This document shows positions 27,622 through 36,469 of a stretch of DNA of 64,000 bases, piece by piece. The stretch is from Gemmatimonadaceae bacterium. Its GTDB lineage: Bacteria > Gemmatimonadota > Gemmatimonadetes > Gemmatimonadales > Gemmatimonadaceae. The position numbers were made by a program, and so were the translations under genes. Position 1 is the first letter of the stretch; every line of letters starts with the position of its first letter. The notes under the pieces were generated by a model. It made no database searches and had not been told where the DNA came from. It saw only the letters and a program-made list of their open reading frames with translations. Location: the NCBI GenBank assembly GCA_051859245.1, contig JBHYGA010000001.1, positions 736,001-800,000 on the forward strand, given 5' to 3'.

Positions 27622-28053
27622 ATGCGCCTGACCCGTTTTACTGACAACGCGCTTCGTTGTCTCACGTATCTCGGATTGCACGAGTCCGAGACGGCCACCG
27701 TCACCGATGTCGCACGCCGCATGTCCATGTCCGAAGACCACCTCATGAAAGTGGTCCAGCGATTGGCCTCGCTCGGCTACGTGGAAACAATCCGCGGTCG
27801 CAACGGCGGCGTGCGCCTGGCGCAGGACCCGGCGGTGATCCGGATCGGCACAGTGGTGCGACAGACCGAGGACAACCTCAACCTGGTTGAGTGTTTTGAC
27901 GCGGAACTGAACACGTGTCCGATTGCGGCGTCGTGTCAGCTTGCCCGAGCGCTCGATGAAGCACTGTCGGCCTTTCTCGCCGTGCTCGACAAGTACACGC
28001 TGCGCGATCTTCTCCAGCACCCTCGACGTCTGGAGCGGCTGCTTCGCGCCTGA
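27622..28053 (+). CDS. nsrR: Rrf2 family regulator, NsrR-like
   Basis: MRLTRFTDNALR, HLMKVV, RGRNGG, and three Cys Fe-S ligands 'ECF...CPI...C'. Confidence 0.85.
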   Translation: MRLTRFTDNALRCLTYLGLHESETATVTDVARRMSMSEDHLMKVVQRLASLGYVETIRGRNGGVRLAQDPAVIRIGTVVRQTEDNLNLVECFDAELNTCPIAASCQLARALDEALSAFLAVLDKYTLRDLLQHPRRLERLLRA

Positions 28054-28147
28054 GGGCTGCGCACGCGACTAGTTTCGGAGCATGACGAATGCATTCGCCT
28101 CTCCCGTGAGTCGCGTGGCCTGTCGTATATCGATGGACGGCCCGTTG

Positions 28148-28927
28148 ATGCGTCGCCGCAGTGCTGGCTCCGTGCTGTTCGCCATGGCGATCCTTGTGTG
28201 CCTGACGCGTGTGGTCGAGGCCCAACGTCCTCCCACCGAACGCGCCCGCGCCTCCATGCGACGAGTGGCTGCTGAGCGCACCACGCGATTTGTGAGCGAC
28301 CTCGGCTACGTGAGCACCACCGGCAACACCACGGTCACCACCGTCAATGTGGGTGAGAAGTTCAACCTGAGCACTGGCTTCTGGCGCTTCGAGCAGTTTC
28401 TCTCGGTGGTGTACGGCGAGAACGACGGCGAGGTGAACAGCAACTTCATTCGCGCTGGCGTGGGCGGCGAGTATGCCCTGCGCTCGACGATGGGGCTGGC
28501 CGGTGGATTTCTCTTCGACAAGAACAGATTCTCGGGCGTATTGCAGCGCACCGAAGAATATCTGGGACTCGTGTGGCGCGTGGTTGAAGGACCACGCGAT
28601 ACGCTGCGGCTTGATGCGGGTGGATCGCTCACGCAGCAACGGAACATTGACGGCACAATTCGTCGTTTTCCAGCGGCCCGCACCGCGCTCTGGTACAAGC
28701 GTGGACTGGCGCCCAAAGCATATGTCCTGCAGACGGTTGAAGTGGTCCCGAACATTGAAACGTCGGAAGACTACCGCGTCAATGCGATTGCGTCCCTCAT
28801 TTCTCCCATCTCGAAAATGATGGCGGTCAAGCTCGAGTTTCAGTGGCGCTTTGACAATCTGCCGGAACCTGATTTCCAGAGTACCGATCGCATTTTCACC
28901 ACTGGTATCCAGGTCTCCTTCGAGTAG
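28148..28927 (+). CDS. DUF481 (YdiY-like) outer-membrane beta-barrel
   Basis: Signal peptide; LGYVSTTGNT, DKNRFSG, FDNLP, C-terminal IQVSFE. Start is uncertain (28082-28148). Confidence 0.8.
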   Translation: MRRRSAGSVLFAMAILVCLTRVVEAQRPPTERARASMRRVAAERTTRFVSDLGYVSTTGNTTVTTVNVGEKFNLSTGFWRFEQFLSVVYGENDGEVNSNFIRAGVGGEYALRSTMGLAGGFLFDKNRFSGVLQRTEEYLGLVWRVVEGPRDTLRLDAGGSLTQQRNIDGTIRRFPAARTALWYKRGLAPKAYVLQTVEVVPNIETSEDYRVNAIASLISPISKMMAVKLEFQWRFDNLPEPDFQSTDRIFTTGIQVSFE

Positions 28928-28961
28928 TCGTCAACCCAACGAGGTCGCGGTGTCGTTGTCC

Positions 28962-29732
28962 ATGCACAGACTGGTTCCCCTCGCGCTCTCTGCGCTGTCG
29001 CTGTCACTACCGTTCGCGGCCGCATCGTCGCAGGCGGCTCCCACCGCGCGCACCACGCAGGCCGCAGCGGCGATTGTCGATCAACCCGTGACCAGTTTCA
29101 CCACCGACCTCGGCTACGTGGCGACGTCGGGCAATACTCGGGTCTCCACCATGAACATTGCCGAACGCGTGGTGCACTCCCGCGGATTCTGGCGGTTTGA
29201 ACAGGTGCTGGGAATCGTGTACGGTGAAGCCGACGGTGAAGAGAACGCGAATCTCTTGCGCGCGGGGCTCGGGGCGGAGTACGCACTACGTCCGTGGGTG
29301 GGGCTGGCCACGGGTGTCTTGTACGATCGCAACCGGTTTGCCGGCATCGCCCGACGGACGGAGGAGTACCTCGGACTGGTGTTTCGTGTCCGACAGGCCG
29401 CGCAAGATACGCTGCGCATCGAAACGGGCGGGTCGCTCACGCAGCAGCTAGGTGTTGACGGTGTGCAGAACGACTTCCCAGCCGCCCGTGTCGCGGCCTG
29501 GTACAAGCGCATGTTCGGTGCCTCAGCGTTCTTTCTGCAAACGATCGAGACGGTGCCGAATCTGGAGGTCTCGGAGGACTATCGTATCAACAGCGAGTCT
29601 GCCCTGGTCGCTCCACTCTCGCGCCGCGTTGCGCTGAAGCTCGGGTACGTGGTGCGTTTCGACAACCTCCCGGAAGCCGGGTTTGAGAAGTCGGATCGCA
29701 TCTTCTCATCAGGGCTGCAGGTGTCCTTCTAG
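28962..29732 (+). CDS. DUF481 (YdiY-like) outer-membrane beta-barrel, tandem paralog
   Basis: Signal peptide; LGYVATSGNT, DRNRFAG, FDNLP, terminal Phe (LQVSF). Confidence 0.83.
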   Translation: MHRLVPLALSALSLSLPFAAASSQAAPTARTTQAAAAIVDQPVTSFTTDLGYVATSGNTRVSTMNIAERVVHSRGFWRFEQVLGIVYGEADGEENANLLRAGLGAEYALRPWVGLATGVLYDRNRFAGIARRTEEYLGLVFRVRQAAQDTLRIETGGSLTQQLGVDGVQNDFPAARVAAWYKRMFGASAFFLQTIETVPNLEVSEDYRINSESALVAPLSRRVALKLGYVVRFDNLPEAGFEKSDRIFSSGLQVSF

Positions 29733-29740
29733 CGAGACGT

Positions 29741-29767
29741 TCAGGTTTGGGGCGGTCGGGCCGACAC
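29741..29767 (+). promoter_or_regulatory. Putative sigma28 (FliA) promoter
   Basis: TCAGGTTT-N11-GCCGACAC versus the consensus TAAAGTTT-N11-GCCGATAA. Confidence 0.5.
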
Positions 29768-29810
29768 TTTGATCGACGAGTACGCCCGTTCCCGATGCCC
29801 CTGAGTAGTA

Positions 29811-32102
29811 ATGTCTGCGCGATCAGTACCTGAGCTGTTGTGCCTTGAATCCGCCGCCTCCTTGCTGAATGCGGTCGGGGACGCTGTCGTGTTGCTTGAT
29901 GATGAGCAGCGCGTAGTGTCGCTCAACGAACCGGCCGCGACGCTGGCGGCGGCCCTCGGACTCGACGCGCAGACGCTGGTCGGACGCGAGCTTCGGGCGC
30001 TGGCGAGTGTGGCAACGCACGCACCGCTCTACGACGAACTGCATGCGCAGATCGAAGACGCGCGCCGAACGCAAGAAACGCGAACCCTGCTGATCAACTC
30101 CGACCGCGTTGCGCGTCCCATGCGCGTGCGTGTTGTCCCGTGCGCCGACGGCGTCGCCATCGTGGCCCGGGAACGGCCGGATGATCAGCTGTTGCAGCGC
30201 GTACACGAACAGCACGAGCAACGCTACCGGGCGCTCTTCGACGCGATTCCGGTGCCATTGGTTGTGTACGCGCGCGAGACGGCCACGATTCTTGCCGTCA
30301 ACCATGCGACGCTGGCCGAGTTCGGTGGTCACGGGGAGCTGGTCGGCAGGGCGGTGAGTACGATCGTACACGCCGACGAGCTGCCACGATTTGCGAGTGT
30401 GCGACGTCAGGGCGAGCTGGACGCTCAATCGCAAGGATTCTGGCAGTTGAAGCGCGGCGACGATTCAACGATGCTGGCGGAAGTGACCACGTTCGACCTG
30501 CAGTTCTTCGGCCAAGGCGCGCGGCTTGCCATGATTCGCGACGTGACCGAATCCACGCGACTTGAAGCCGACCTGCAGCTGCTCCGGGCCGCGATCGGTT
30601 GCATCAACGATCTGATCGTGATCACGCGCGCGGACTCGAGCGAGGATGGTACGCATCAGATTGTGTTTGTGAACGAGGCGTTTGAGCGACACACTGGGTG
30701 GTTGCGCGACGAGGTGATAGGCATGCCGAGCACGTTGCTCGATGGTCCGCGCACGGACCAGAACGTGATTGCACGCGTTCGTGAGCATCTGCGACGTGGC
30801 GCCAGTGTTCGCGCCGACGTATTGCACTACACCAAGGAAGGACGCGAATACTGGGTAGAACTGGTGATCGTGCCCGTGTACAACGGTGCAGGGGTGCACA
30901 CGCACTGGGTTGCGGTGCATCGCGATATTTCCGAGCGCAAGCTGCTGGAAGAGCAGCTCTTTCAGTCGCAGAAAATGGAAGCGGTTGGACGCCTGGCGGG
31001 CGGCATTGCGCACGACTTCAACAATGTGCTCACCGCGATTAGCGGATTCAGTGAGTTGCTGCTCGAAGAACTGCCAGCGGGCGAAGGGCCGCACGAGGAA
31101 GTGCAGCAGATTCGCGCCGCCGCGGCTCGCGCAACGGCGCTGACACGACAGCTGCTTGCGTTCAGTCGCAAGCAGATCATGCGTCCGCGCACCGTCAACG
31201 TGGCATCGCTCGTGCGCGACATGGAGCGGTTGCTCGAGCGGGCGATCACCGAGGAGATCACGATCCGCATGCACATTGCGGATCATACGCCTCCGGTGCT
31301 CGCAGATCCGGTGCAGCTGGAGCAGGTATTGTTGAACCTCACGGTGAATGCTGCCGAGGCCATGCCGGATGGCGGAGTGCTCACCATCGAAGTGAGCGAT
31401 GTGGCACTCGGTGAGTCGTACGCGCATCGACATCACGGCGTGTTGCCGGGACACTACGTGTGTCTGGTTGTGAGTGACAGCGGCGTGGGCATGGATCGCA
31501 TCACCCGCGAGCGCATTTTTGAGCCCTTCTTCACCACGAAGTCCGGCGGTACAGGACTCGGTCTTTCCACCGTGTACGGCATTGTGCGTCAGAGCGGTGG
31601 GCACATCTGGGTGTACAGCGAAGCCGGTGTTGGCAGCACGTTCAAGATCTATTTGCCGGTTGCAACCGGCGAAGCGCCGCTCGAGCCAGAAGGGGTTCGT
31701 GAGACCGAGGCGATCGGCGGCAGTGAAACCGTGCTGATCGTTGAAGATGAAGCGCTGGTGCGCGACGTGACGCGCGCCATGCTATCGCGTCGCGGGTACC
31801 GCGTGCTGGTGGCGAAAGATGGTGAGCATGCACTCGCTGTGGCGGCCAATCACATGGGCGTGATTGATCTTCTGCTGACTGATGTGATCATGCCGCGAGC
31901 AAACGGTCGCCGCGTCGCCGAACAGTTGCGCATGATGCGTCCCGAGCTGCGCGTGGTGTATATGTCCGGCTACACCGAGGACGCGATCGTGCATCATGGC
32001 GTACTCGAAGCCGGCATCGTGCTGTTGGAGAAGCCCTTCACCGAGCAAGCCCTCGCGCGCACCGTGCGCGAAGTACTCGATTCACCCACGGGTTCCGCGT
32101 AA
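29811..32102 (+). CDS. Hybrid multi-PAS sensor histidine kinase/receiver (CckA-like)
   Basis: Three PAS domains; GGIAHDFNNVL; N box, DSGVGM, FEPFFTTK, GTGLGL; REC domain (VEDE, LLTDVIMP, KPF). Confidence 0.93.
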   Translation: MSARSVPELLCLESAASLLNAVGDAVVLLDDEQRVVSLNEPAATLAAALGLDAQTLVGRELRALASVATHAPLYDELHAQIEDARRTQETRTLLINSDRVARPMRVRVVPCADGVAIVARERPDDQLLQRVHEQHEQRYRALFDAIPVPLVVYARETATILAVNHATLAEFGGHGELVGRAVSTIVHADELPRFASVRRQGELDAQSQGFWQLKRGDDSTMLAEVTTFDLQFFGQGARLAMIRDVTESTRLEADLQLLRAAIGCINDLIVITRADSSEDGTHQIVFVNEAFERHTGWLRDEVIGMPSTLLDGPRTDQNVIARVREHLRRGASVRADVLHYTKEGREYWVELVIVPVYNGAGVHTHWVAVHRDISERKLLEEQLFQSQKMEAVGRLAGGIAHDFNNVLTAISGFSELLLEELPAGEGPHEEVQQIRAAAARATALTRQLLAFSRKQIMRPRTVNVASLVRDMERLLERAITEEITIRMHIADHTPPVLADPVQLEQVLLNLTVNAAEAMPDGGVLTIEVSDVALGESYAHRHHGVLPGHYVCLVVSDSGVGMDRITRERIFEPFFTTKSGGTGLGLSTVYGIVRQSGGHIWVYSEAGVGSTFKIYLPVATGEAPLEPEGVRETEAIGGSETVLIVEDEALVRDVTRAMLSRRGYRVLVAKDGEHALAVAANHMGVIDLLLTDVIMPRANGRRVAEQLRMMRPELRVVYMSGYTEDAIVHHGVLEAGIVLLEKPFTEQALARTVREVLDSPTGSA

Positions 32103-32133
32103 GCGGCTATCGCGCGAGCAACGGCGTTCGCGC

Positions 32134-33915
32134 CTACTGCGGCACGGCCGGCAGCCAGACACGGAATGACGCGCCGCTGCCAACGTCACTTTGCACCGTG
32201 CAGAATCCGCCCGACTGTGCCACGATGCCGTACACGGTGGCCAGTCCGAGTCCCATGCCACTCCCAACGTCGCGCGTGGTGAAGAACGGTTCGAACACGC
32301 GTTCGATTAACTGCGGACTGATGCCATGACCGGTATCTCGCACGGTGACTGTGACCCACGTGCCTGCCGGAACGGACGTCGGTCGTGCCGCGAGCGGCGC
32401 ACTGAGCGTGGTGACGCCGGTGGAGATACGCATGACGCCGCCATCGGCCATGGAATCGCGCGCGTTCAACGCCAGTTGCAGTACGACTTCTTCAAGCTGC
32501 GCGGCGTCGGCGTGCACGATCGTCGAGTCACTGGCGAGTGACGTTTCGATCGCAATGGTGTCGGGAAACGCGCGCACAATGGCGGGCATCACCGACGCCA
32601 GAACACTGTGCAGCGAGACCAACTGCGGATCAAGTAACTGCTGCCGACTGAAGGCGAGCAGTTTGCGCGTGAGTTCAGTGGCGCGCGCCGCGGCTCGTCG
32701 GACCTCCTCAATCTCCGTGTGCGCGGCGTCGGCAAACGGCGTTTGCAACATCAACTCAGCGTTGGCGGCAATCACGGTGAGCAAGTTGTTGAAATCGTGC
32801 GCCACGCCGCCAGCGAGCAGGCCGATCGCATCGAGCTTCTTCACCTCGCGGGCCTGCGCTTCGCGACGCGCGCGCAGCGTGTCCGCGTGGCGGGCGACGC
32901 TGATATCACGCAGTGTGACAATCAGTCCGGGGCCGTGTAGCGACGTGCGCGCATCGAACCATCGGTCACTCGATTGATTGTGCCACGTGCAACTGGTCGC
33001 AGTGTGCGTGTCGAACGCGCGATGCCACGACGCCAGCACCGCACTGTCGATGAGCGCGCCGAGCGCGAGTCGCACGTCTTGTCCCACCAACGACTCGGGC
33101 GCTGCCTCCAGCCACTTGGCCATCGTCGCGTTACACCACGTCACCTGCCACTGTGCGTCAAGGACAACGACGCCATCGGGCAAGGCCGTGAGAATGTCAG
33201 TCGCGAGTGCGCCGACGTGGCGCTCCCGGTGTGAGCCGAGCGACGTCACACGATCGATTGAAGCAGCACCAGTGAGCAACGCGCTTACGGCAATGGACAG
33301 TGATTCAAGCAACTGCACGTCGCCGTCGGTCCACCAGCGCGGTACATCATCCACCACGCACAGCGCGCCGTTCGGACGCCCCGAGCCGTCACGCAGCGGA
33401 ACGGCCACCGCCGACAGCACCCGGTGACCGCGCACGATGGGTGTGCTCTGCAGCAGTGGATGGGCGCGCGTATCTTCGACGATCAGCGGTGCGCCCGACT
33501 GCTGCACCGCATCTGACAGCAGGCCCGTGAGCTCCGTGTCACGCCCAAAAAGGGCTGAAATTCTCGCGTCCGAGCGGTCGGCGGCGCCGGAAACGGCCGA
33601 TTCCAGCTCGTCCGAAGCGACCGCGACCAGTGCAATCGGGACCCCCAGCACCCGACGCGCCACGGCGGCCAGCGCCTCAACGGCACCCACAACGTCACGC
33701 GAGCGGCCACCCGCGACCACGGCGGGGGACCGATCAGCAGAGGCAATTGGACCGATACCTTCCCGCACGCTGTCACGCGAGGGGAACGGGGCCGAGGCGT
33801 GCGTCACAACGGCAGCGGGAGTGGAACGGGGGAGTGCTACGGAGAGCGGTCTGGGGGAATCCCGTAGTGTATCACGCCAAACAAAGTCCTGCCATGCTAC
33901 AGCCCAGCTCGCCAA
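32134..33915 (-). CDS. GAF-PAS sensor histidine kinase
   Basis: GAF domain (AVPL..GALCVVD), PAS domain, GGVAHDFNNLL, DTGHG, FEPFFTT, GMGLGL. True start is probably downstream of 33915. Confidence 0.85.
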   Translation of the reverse strand: MASWAVAWQDFVWRDTLRDSPRPLSVALPRSTPAAVVTHASAPFPSRDSVREGIGPIASADRSPAVVAGGRSRDVVGAVEALAAVARRVLGVPIALVAVASDELESAVSGAADRSDARISALFGRDTELTGLLSDAVQQSGAPLIVEDTRAHPLLQSTPIVRGHRVLSAVAVPLRDGSGRPNGALCVVDDVPRWWTDGDVQLLESLSIAVSALLTGAASIDRVTSLGSHRERHVGALATDILTALPDGVVVLDAQWQVTWCNATMAKWLEAAPESLVGQDVRLALGALIDSAVLASWHRAFDTHTATSCTWHNQSSDRWFDARTSLHGPGLIVTLRDISVARHADTLRARREAQAREVKKLDAIGLLAGGVAHDFNNLLTVIAANAELMLQTPFADAAHTEIEEVRRAAARATELTRKLLAFSRQQLLDPQLVSLHSVLASVMPAIVRAFPDTIAIETSLASDSTIVHADAAQLEEVVLQLALNARDSMADGGVMRISTGVTTLSAPLAARPTSVPAGTWVTVTVRDTGHGISPQLIERVFEPFFTTRDVGSGMGLGLATVYGIVAQSGGFCTVQSDVGSGASFRVWLPAVPQ

Positions 33916-34013
33916 AAGTCGTCAATGTCCTATAGCGGAGCTCGCCACAATCAGTAGTTTCCATTTTCATCCGTGACGTTCTGTCGCTTGCTTCGTCTCA
34001 TTTCCCTTTCGCA

Positions 34014-34574
34014 ATGGTCCGACTCCGCGTGCCGTCGCAGCCCACGCTCCGTCCCTTTGATGTGGCGGTGGCTCTGCGTTTGTTACTCGAACCGGAAGAT
34101 CGCTACGAACCGCTAGCCGAGGCGTTGGCCACGAGCACGAGCGCCGTGCATCGCGGTGTGGCTCGGCTGCAGTCGGCGGGGATTCTGCGTGTCGGGAGTC
34201 GCACGGTCGCGCGCCCCGCGCTTCGCGAGTTCCTGCTGCATGGCGTGCGCTACGCGTTTCCACCGGTGCGTGGGCACGACGTGAGCGGCATGCCCACGGC
34301 ATGGTCGCATCCGGCGATCGCGGGATTGTTAAACGCCGAGACGCAGGCGGACGGGATGCGTCCGCACGTGTGGCCCGACGAGGCCGGCACGGTGCGCGGT
34401 GATATGCTGGTGCCGCTGTTCCCCGCGTGTGGCAAAGTGTCGAAGCAGGATCCGCGCTTGTACGAGCTGCTGGCCGCGGTCGACGCGATACGGCTGGGCT
34501 CGCCAGCGGTGCGCCGGCTGGTCAGCGACTTCCTGGCGGAGCGAATCCTCTGGGGCGAGGATCCGGTCGCGTAA
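34014..34574 (+). CDS. Conserved hypothetical winged-helix protein
   Basis: LRPFDV, STSAVHRGVARL..AG, EFLLHGVRYAFP, PTA, VWP, LYELLA.VDAIRLG. Confidence 0.7.
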   Translation: MVRLRVPSQPTLRPFDVAVALRLLLEPEDRYEPLAEALATSTSAVHRGVARLQSAGILRVGSRTVARPALREFLLHGVRYAFPPVRGHDVSGMPTAWSHPAIAGLLNAETQADGMRPHVWPDEAGTVRGDMLVPLFPACGKVSKQDPRLYELLAAVDAIRLGSPAVRRLVSDFLAERILWGEDPVA

Positions 34575-34636
34575 GCGCCCGTTGCGCACGAGCCCGTTGC
34601 GCACGAGCCCGTCGCTCAGGCGCCTGTCGCGTAAGC
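34562..34636 (+). repeat. Degenerate 15-bp tandem repeat, five units
   Basis: GCCCGTTGCGCACGA twice exactly plus three variants; GTCGCGTAAGCG at both 34566 and 34626. Confidence 0.8.
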
Positions 34637-34663
34637 GAGATCAGCCATGCGATCGGTCCGGCA

Positions 34664-35014
34664 CTACCTCGCCACCAGGGCACGCTCCTGTGCCTTGACC
34701 TCGCGCAGCACGCGACCGCACACCAGATCGCACAGGGTGAGTACGTCGTCATCGGCCAGTGAGTAGTATACGAACAGACCATCTTTTCGTCTCGAAACGA
34801 AGCCTGCCGAGTGCAGCTGCTGCAATTGTTTTGACGCGTTTGCCAGTGAAAGCCCTGTCGTTGCCACGAGATCACCCACGGCCATTTCACCGGACTGCAA
34901 TGCGTGCAGCAGGGCCAGGCGCGTGGGTTCGGCAAGCGCCTTGAAGCGGTCGGCCACCTGATCCATCATGGCGGGCGTGAGCGATTTCGGTGCACGACGT
35001 TTGGTAGTGTTCAT
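34664..35014 (-). CDS. ArsR/SmtB family regulator with C-terminal CxxxC
   Basis: FKALAEPTRL, HTH, GLFVYYSL, LCDLVC; ATGA overlap with the upstream gene. Confidence 0.9.
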   Translation of the reverse strand: MNTTKRRAPKSLTPAMMDQVADRFKALAEPTRLALLHALQSGEMAVGDLVATTGLSLANASKQLQQLHSAGFVSRRKDGLFVYYSLADDDVLTLCDLVCGRVLREVKAQERALVAR

Positions 35015-36468
35015 GTCAGCACCTCCGTGCCGTGTTCAATCGGCAATCCCGCGGAACGCCAGCTGGTAAATCCGCCCGTCAGGTTGATCACGTCCTGTCG
35101 ACCGCCGCGCATCAAGACGCTGGCAGCAATCATGGAGCGCGCGCCGCTCTGACACTGCACCACGATCGCACGATGTGGATCGAGTGAGGCGACTTCTGGA
35201 GGCAGCAGCCCGACCGGAATGTTCATCGCGTGCGGGAGATGTCCCGCGGCGTACTCGGAATGCGCCCGCACATCGAGCACCTGCCAATGTTCGGCGTCGC
35301 GACGCGTGGCGAGCGACGTGGCGTCGATCTGCGGCACGATGGCAAAAGACTGTCCACTGCGCTCCCACGCGCCAAACGCCGCCGCATCGAACCAGCCCGC
35401 TACGCGGTCCAGACCGATCAGCATCATGTCGTGCACGGCGCGCTGCACCGATTCGGGCGGAGCATCACCGGTCGCCGTTTCGTCTGTCAACAAGTACAAC
35501 TCGGCGTCGTACGGCAACAGCCAACCGGCCCACGTGGCGAAACTCCGCGAGTACGGTATGGAGAGTGACCCGGGAATGTGCGCGGCCGCAAACGCGGCAG
35601 CGGCGCGTAGGTCTACGATCCACGCGTTCTGACGTGCGAGCGACACGATGGTGTCTGCCGCAAGCAACGTGGGCGGCGCCATGTCGCCAAGCACACGCGG
35701 GCCGTCGCGGTTGATGCGCTTCATCTGGGCAAAGTACGCTGGCGGTTCCGGCTGTCCTTCCAGCACCATGGCAACGAACTCTGTTTCGTTCGTAGTGGCG
35801 ACACCCCAGTTCGCACGTTTTTCGTAGCCAACGGTGGATGAAGGCACGGCACCAAGTGCCTTGCCGCACGCGGAGCCAGCGCCGTGGCCGGGCCACACCT
35901 GCAGATGATCGGGCAGGGCACGAAACTGTTCGAGCGAGTGAAACAAGGTGCGCGCGCTCGCGTCCATGGTGTTCGCGACTTTCGCCGCTTTCTCCAGAAG
36001 ATCCGGCCGCCCGACATCACCAACAAACACAAAGTCACCGGTGATCACGCCCATCGCGCCTGCACCCGCCGGTTGATCCGTGACTAGGAAGGACAAATGC
36101 TCAGGCGTGTGTCCCGGAGTGTGCAAAACATCCACTCGAATGTTGCCAACGTTGATCACATCGCCATGCCGTACGAGTGTGGCGCCGTCAGCCGCGGCAA
36201 AGGCGTACTGCCAGTCGTGGCCACCTTCTGCGGAGAGATACAGTGTCGCGCCCGTGCGCGACGCGAGTTCACGCGCGCCCGATACAAAGTCGGCGTGGAT
36301 GTGCGTTTCGGTGACGTGTGTGATGCGTAGTCCTTCAGCGGCCGCAACCGCGAGGTACGGCTTCACATCGCGCAGCGGATCAACCACCATCGCGTCGCCC
36401 GTCGCCTGACAACCAATCATGTAGCTGGCCTGGGCAAGCGACTGGTCATAGAACTTTCGAAAGAACAC
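35011..36468 (-). CDS. Persulfide dioxygenase-like MBL hydrolase fused to two rhodanese domains (CstB-like)
   Basis: RBS GGAGGT and GTG 36468; THIHADF, HTPGHTPEH, TGD, PGHGAGSACGK; C-terminal rhodanese loop CQSGARS. Confidence 0.9.
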   Translation of the reverse strand: MFFRKFYDQSLAQASYMIGCQATGDAMVVDPLRDVKPYLAVAAAEGLRITHVTETHIHADFVSGARELASRTGATLYLSAEGGHDWQYAFAAADGATLVRHGDVINVGNIRVDVLHTPGHTPEHLSFLVTDQPAGAGAMGVITGDFVFVGDVGRPDLLEKAAKVANTMDASARTLFHSLEQFRALPDHLQVWPGHGAGSACGKALGAVPSSTVGYEKRANWGVATTNETEFVAMVLEGQPEPPAYFAQMKRINRDGPRVLGDMAPPTLLAADTIVSLARQNAWIVDLRAAAAFAAAHIPGSLSIPYSRSFATWAGWLLPYDAELYLLTDETATGDAPPESVQRAVHDMMLIGLDRVAGWFDAAAFGAWERSGQSFAIVPQIDATSLATRRDAEHWQVLDVRAHSEYAAGHLPHAMNIPVGLLPPEVASLDPHRAIVVQCQSGARSMIAASVLMRGGRQDVINLTGGFTSWRSAGLPIEHGTEVLT

Positions 36469-36469
36469 G

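Noticed and set aside
30650..30950. Third PAS domain of the hybrid kinase resembles a LOV photoreceptor
   Set aside because: The GxNCRFLQ motif is replaced by GMPSTLLD, with no photoactive Cys; treated as a generic PAS domain.
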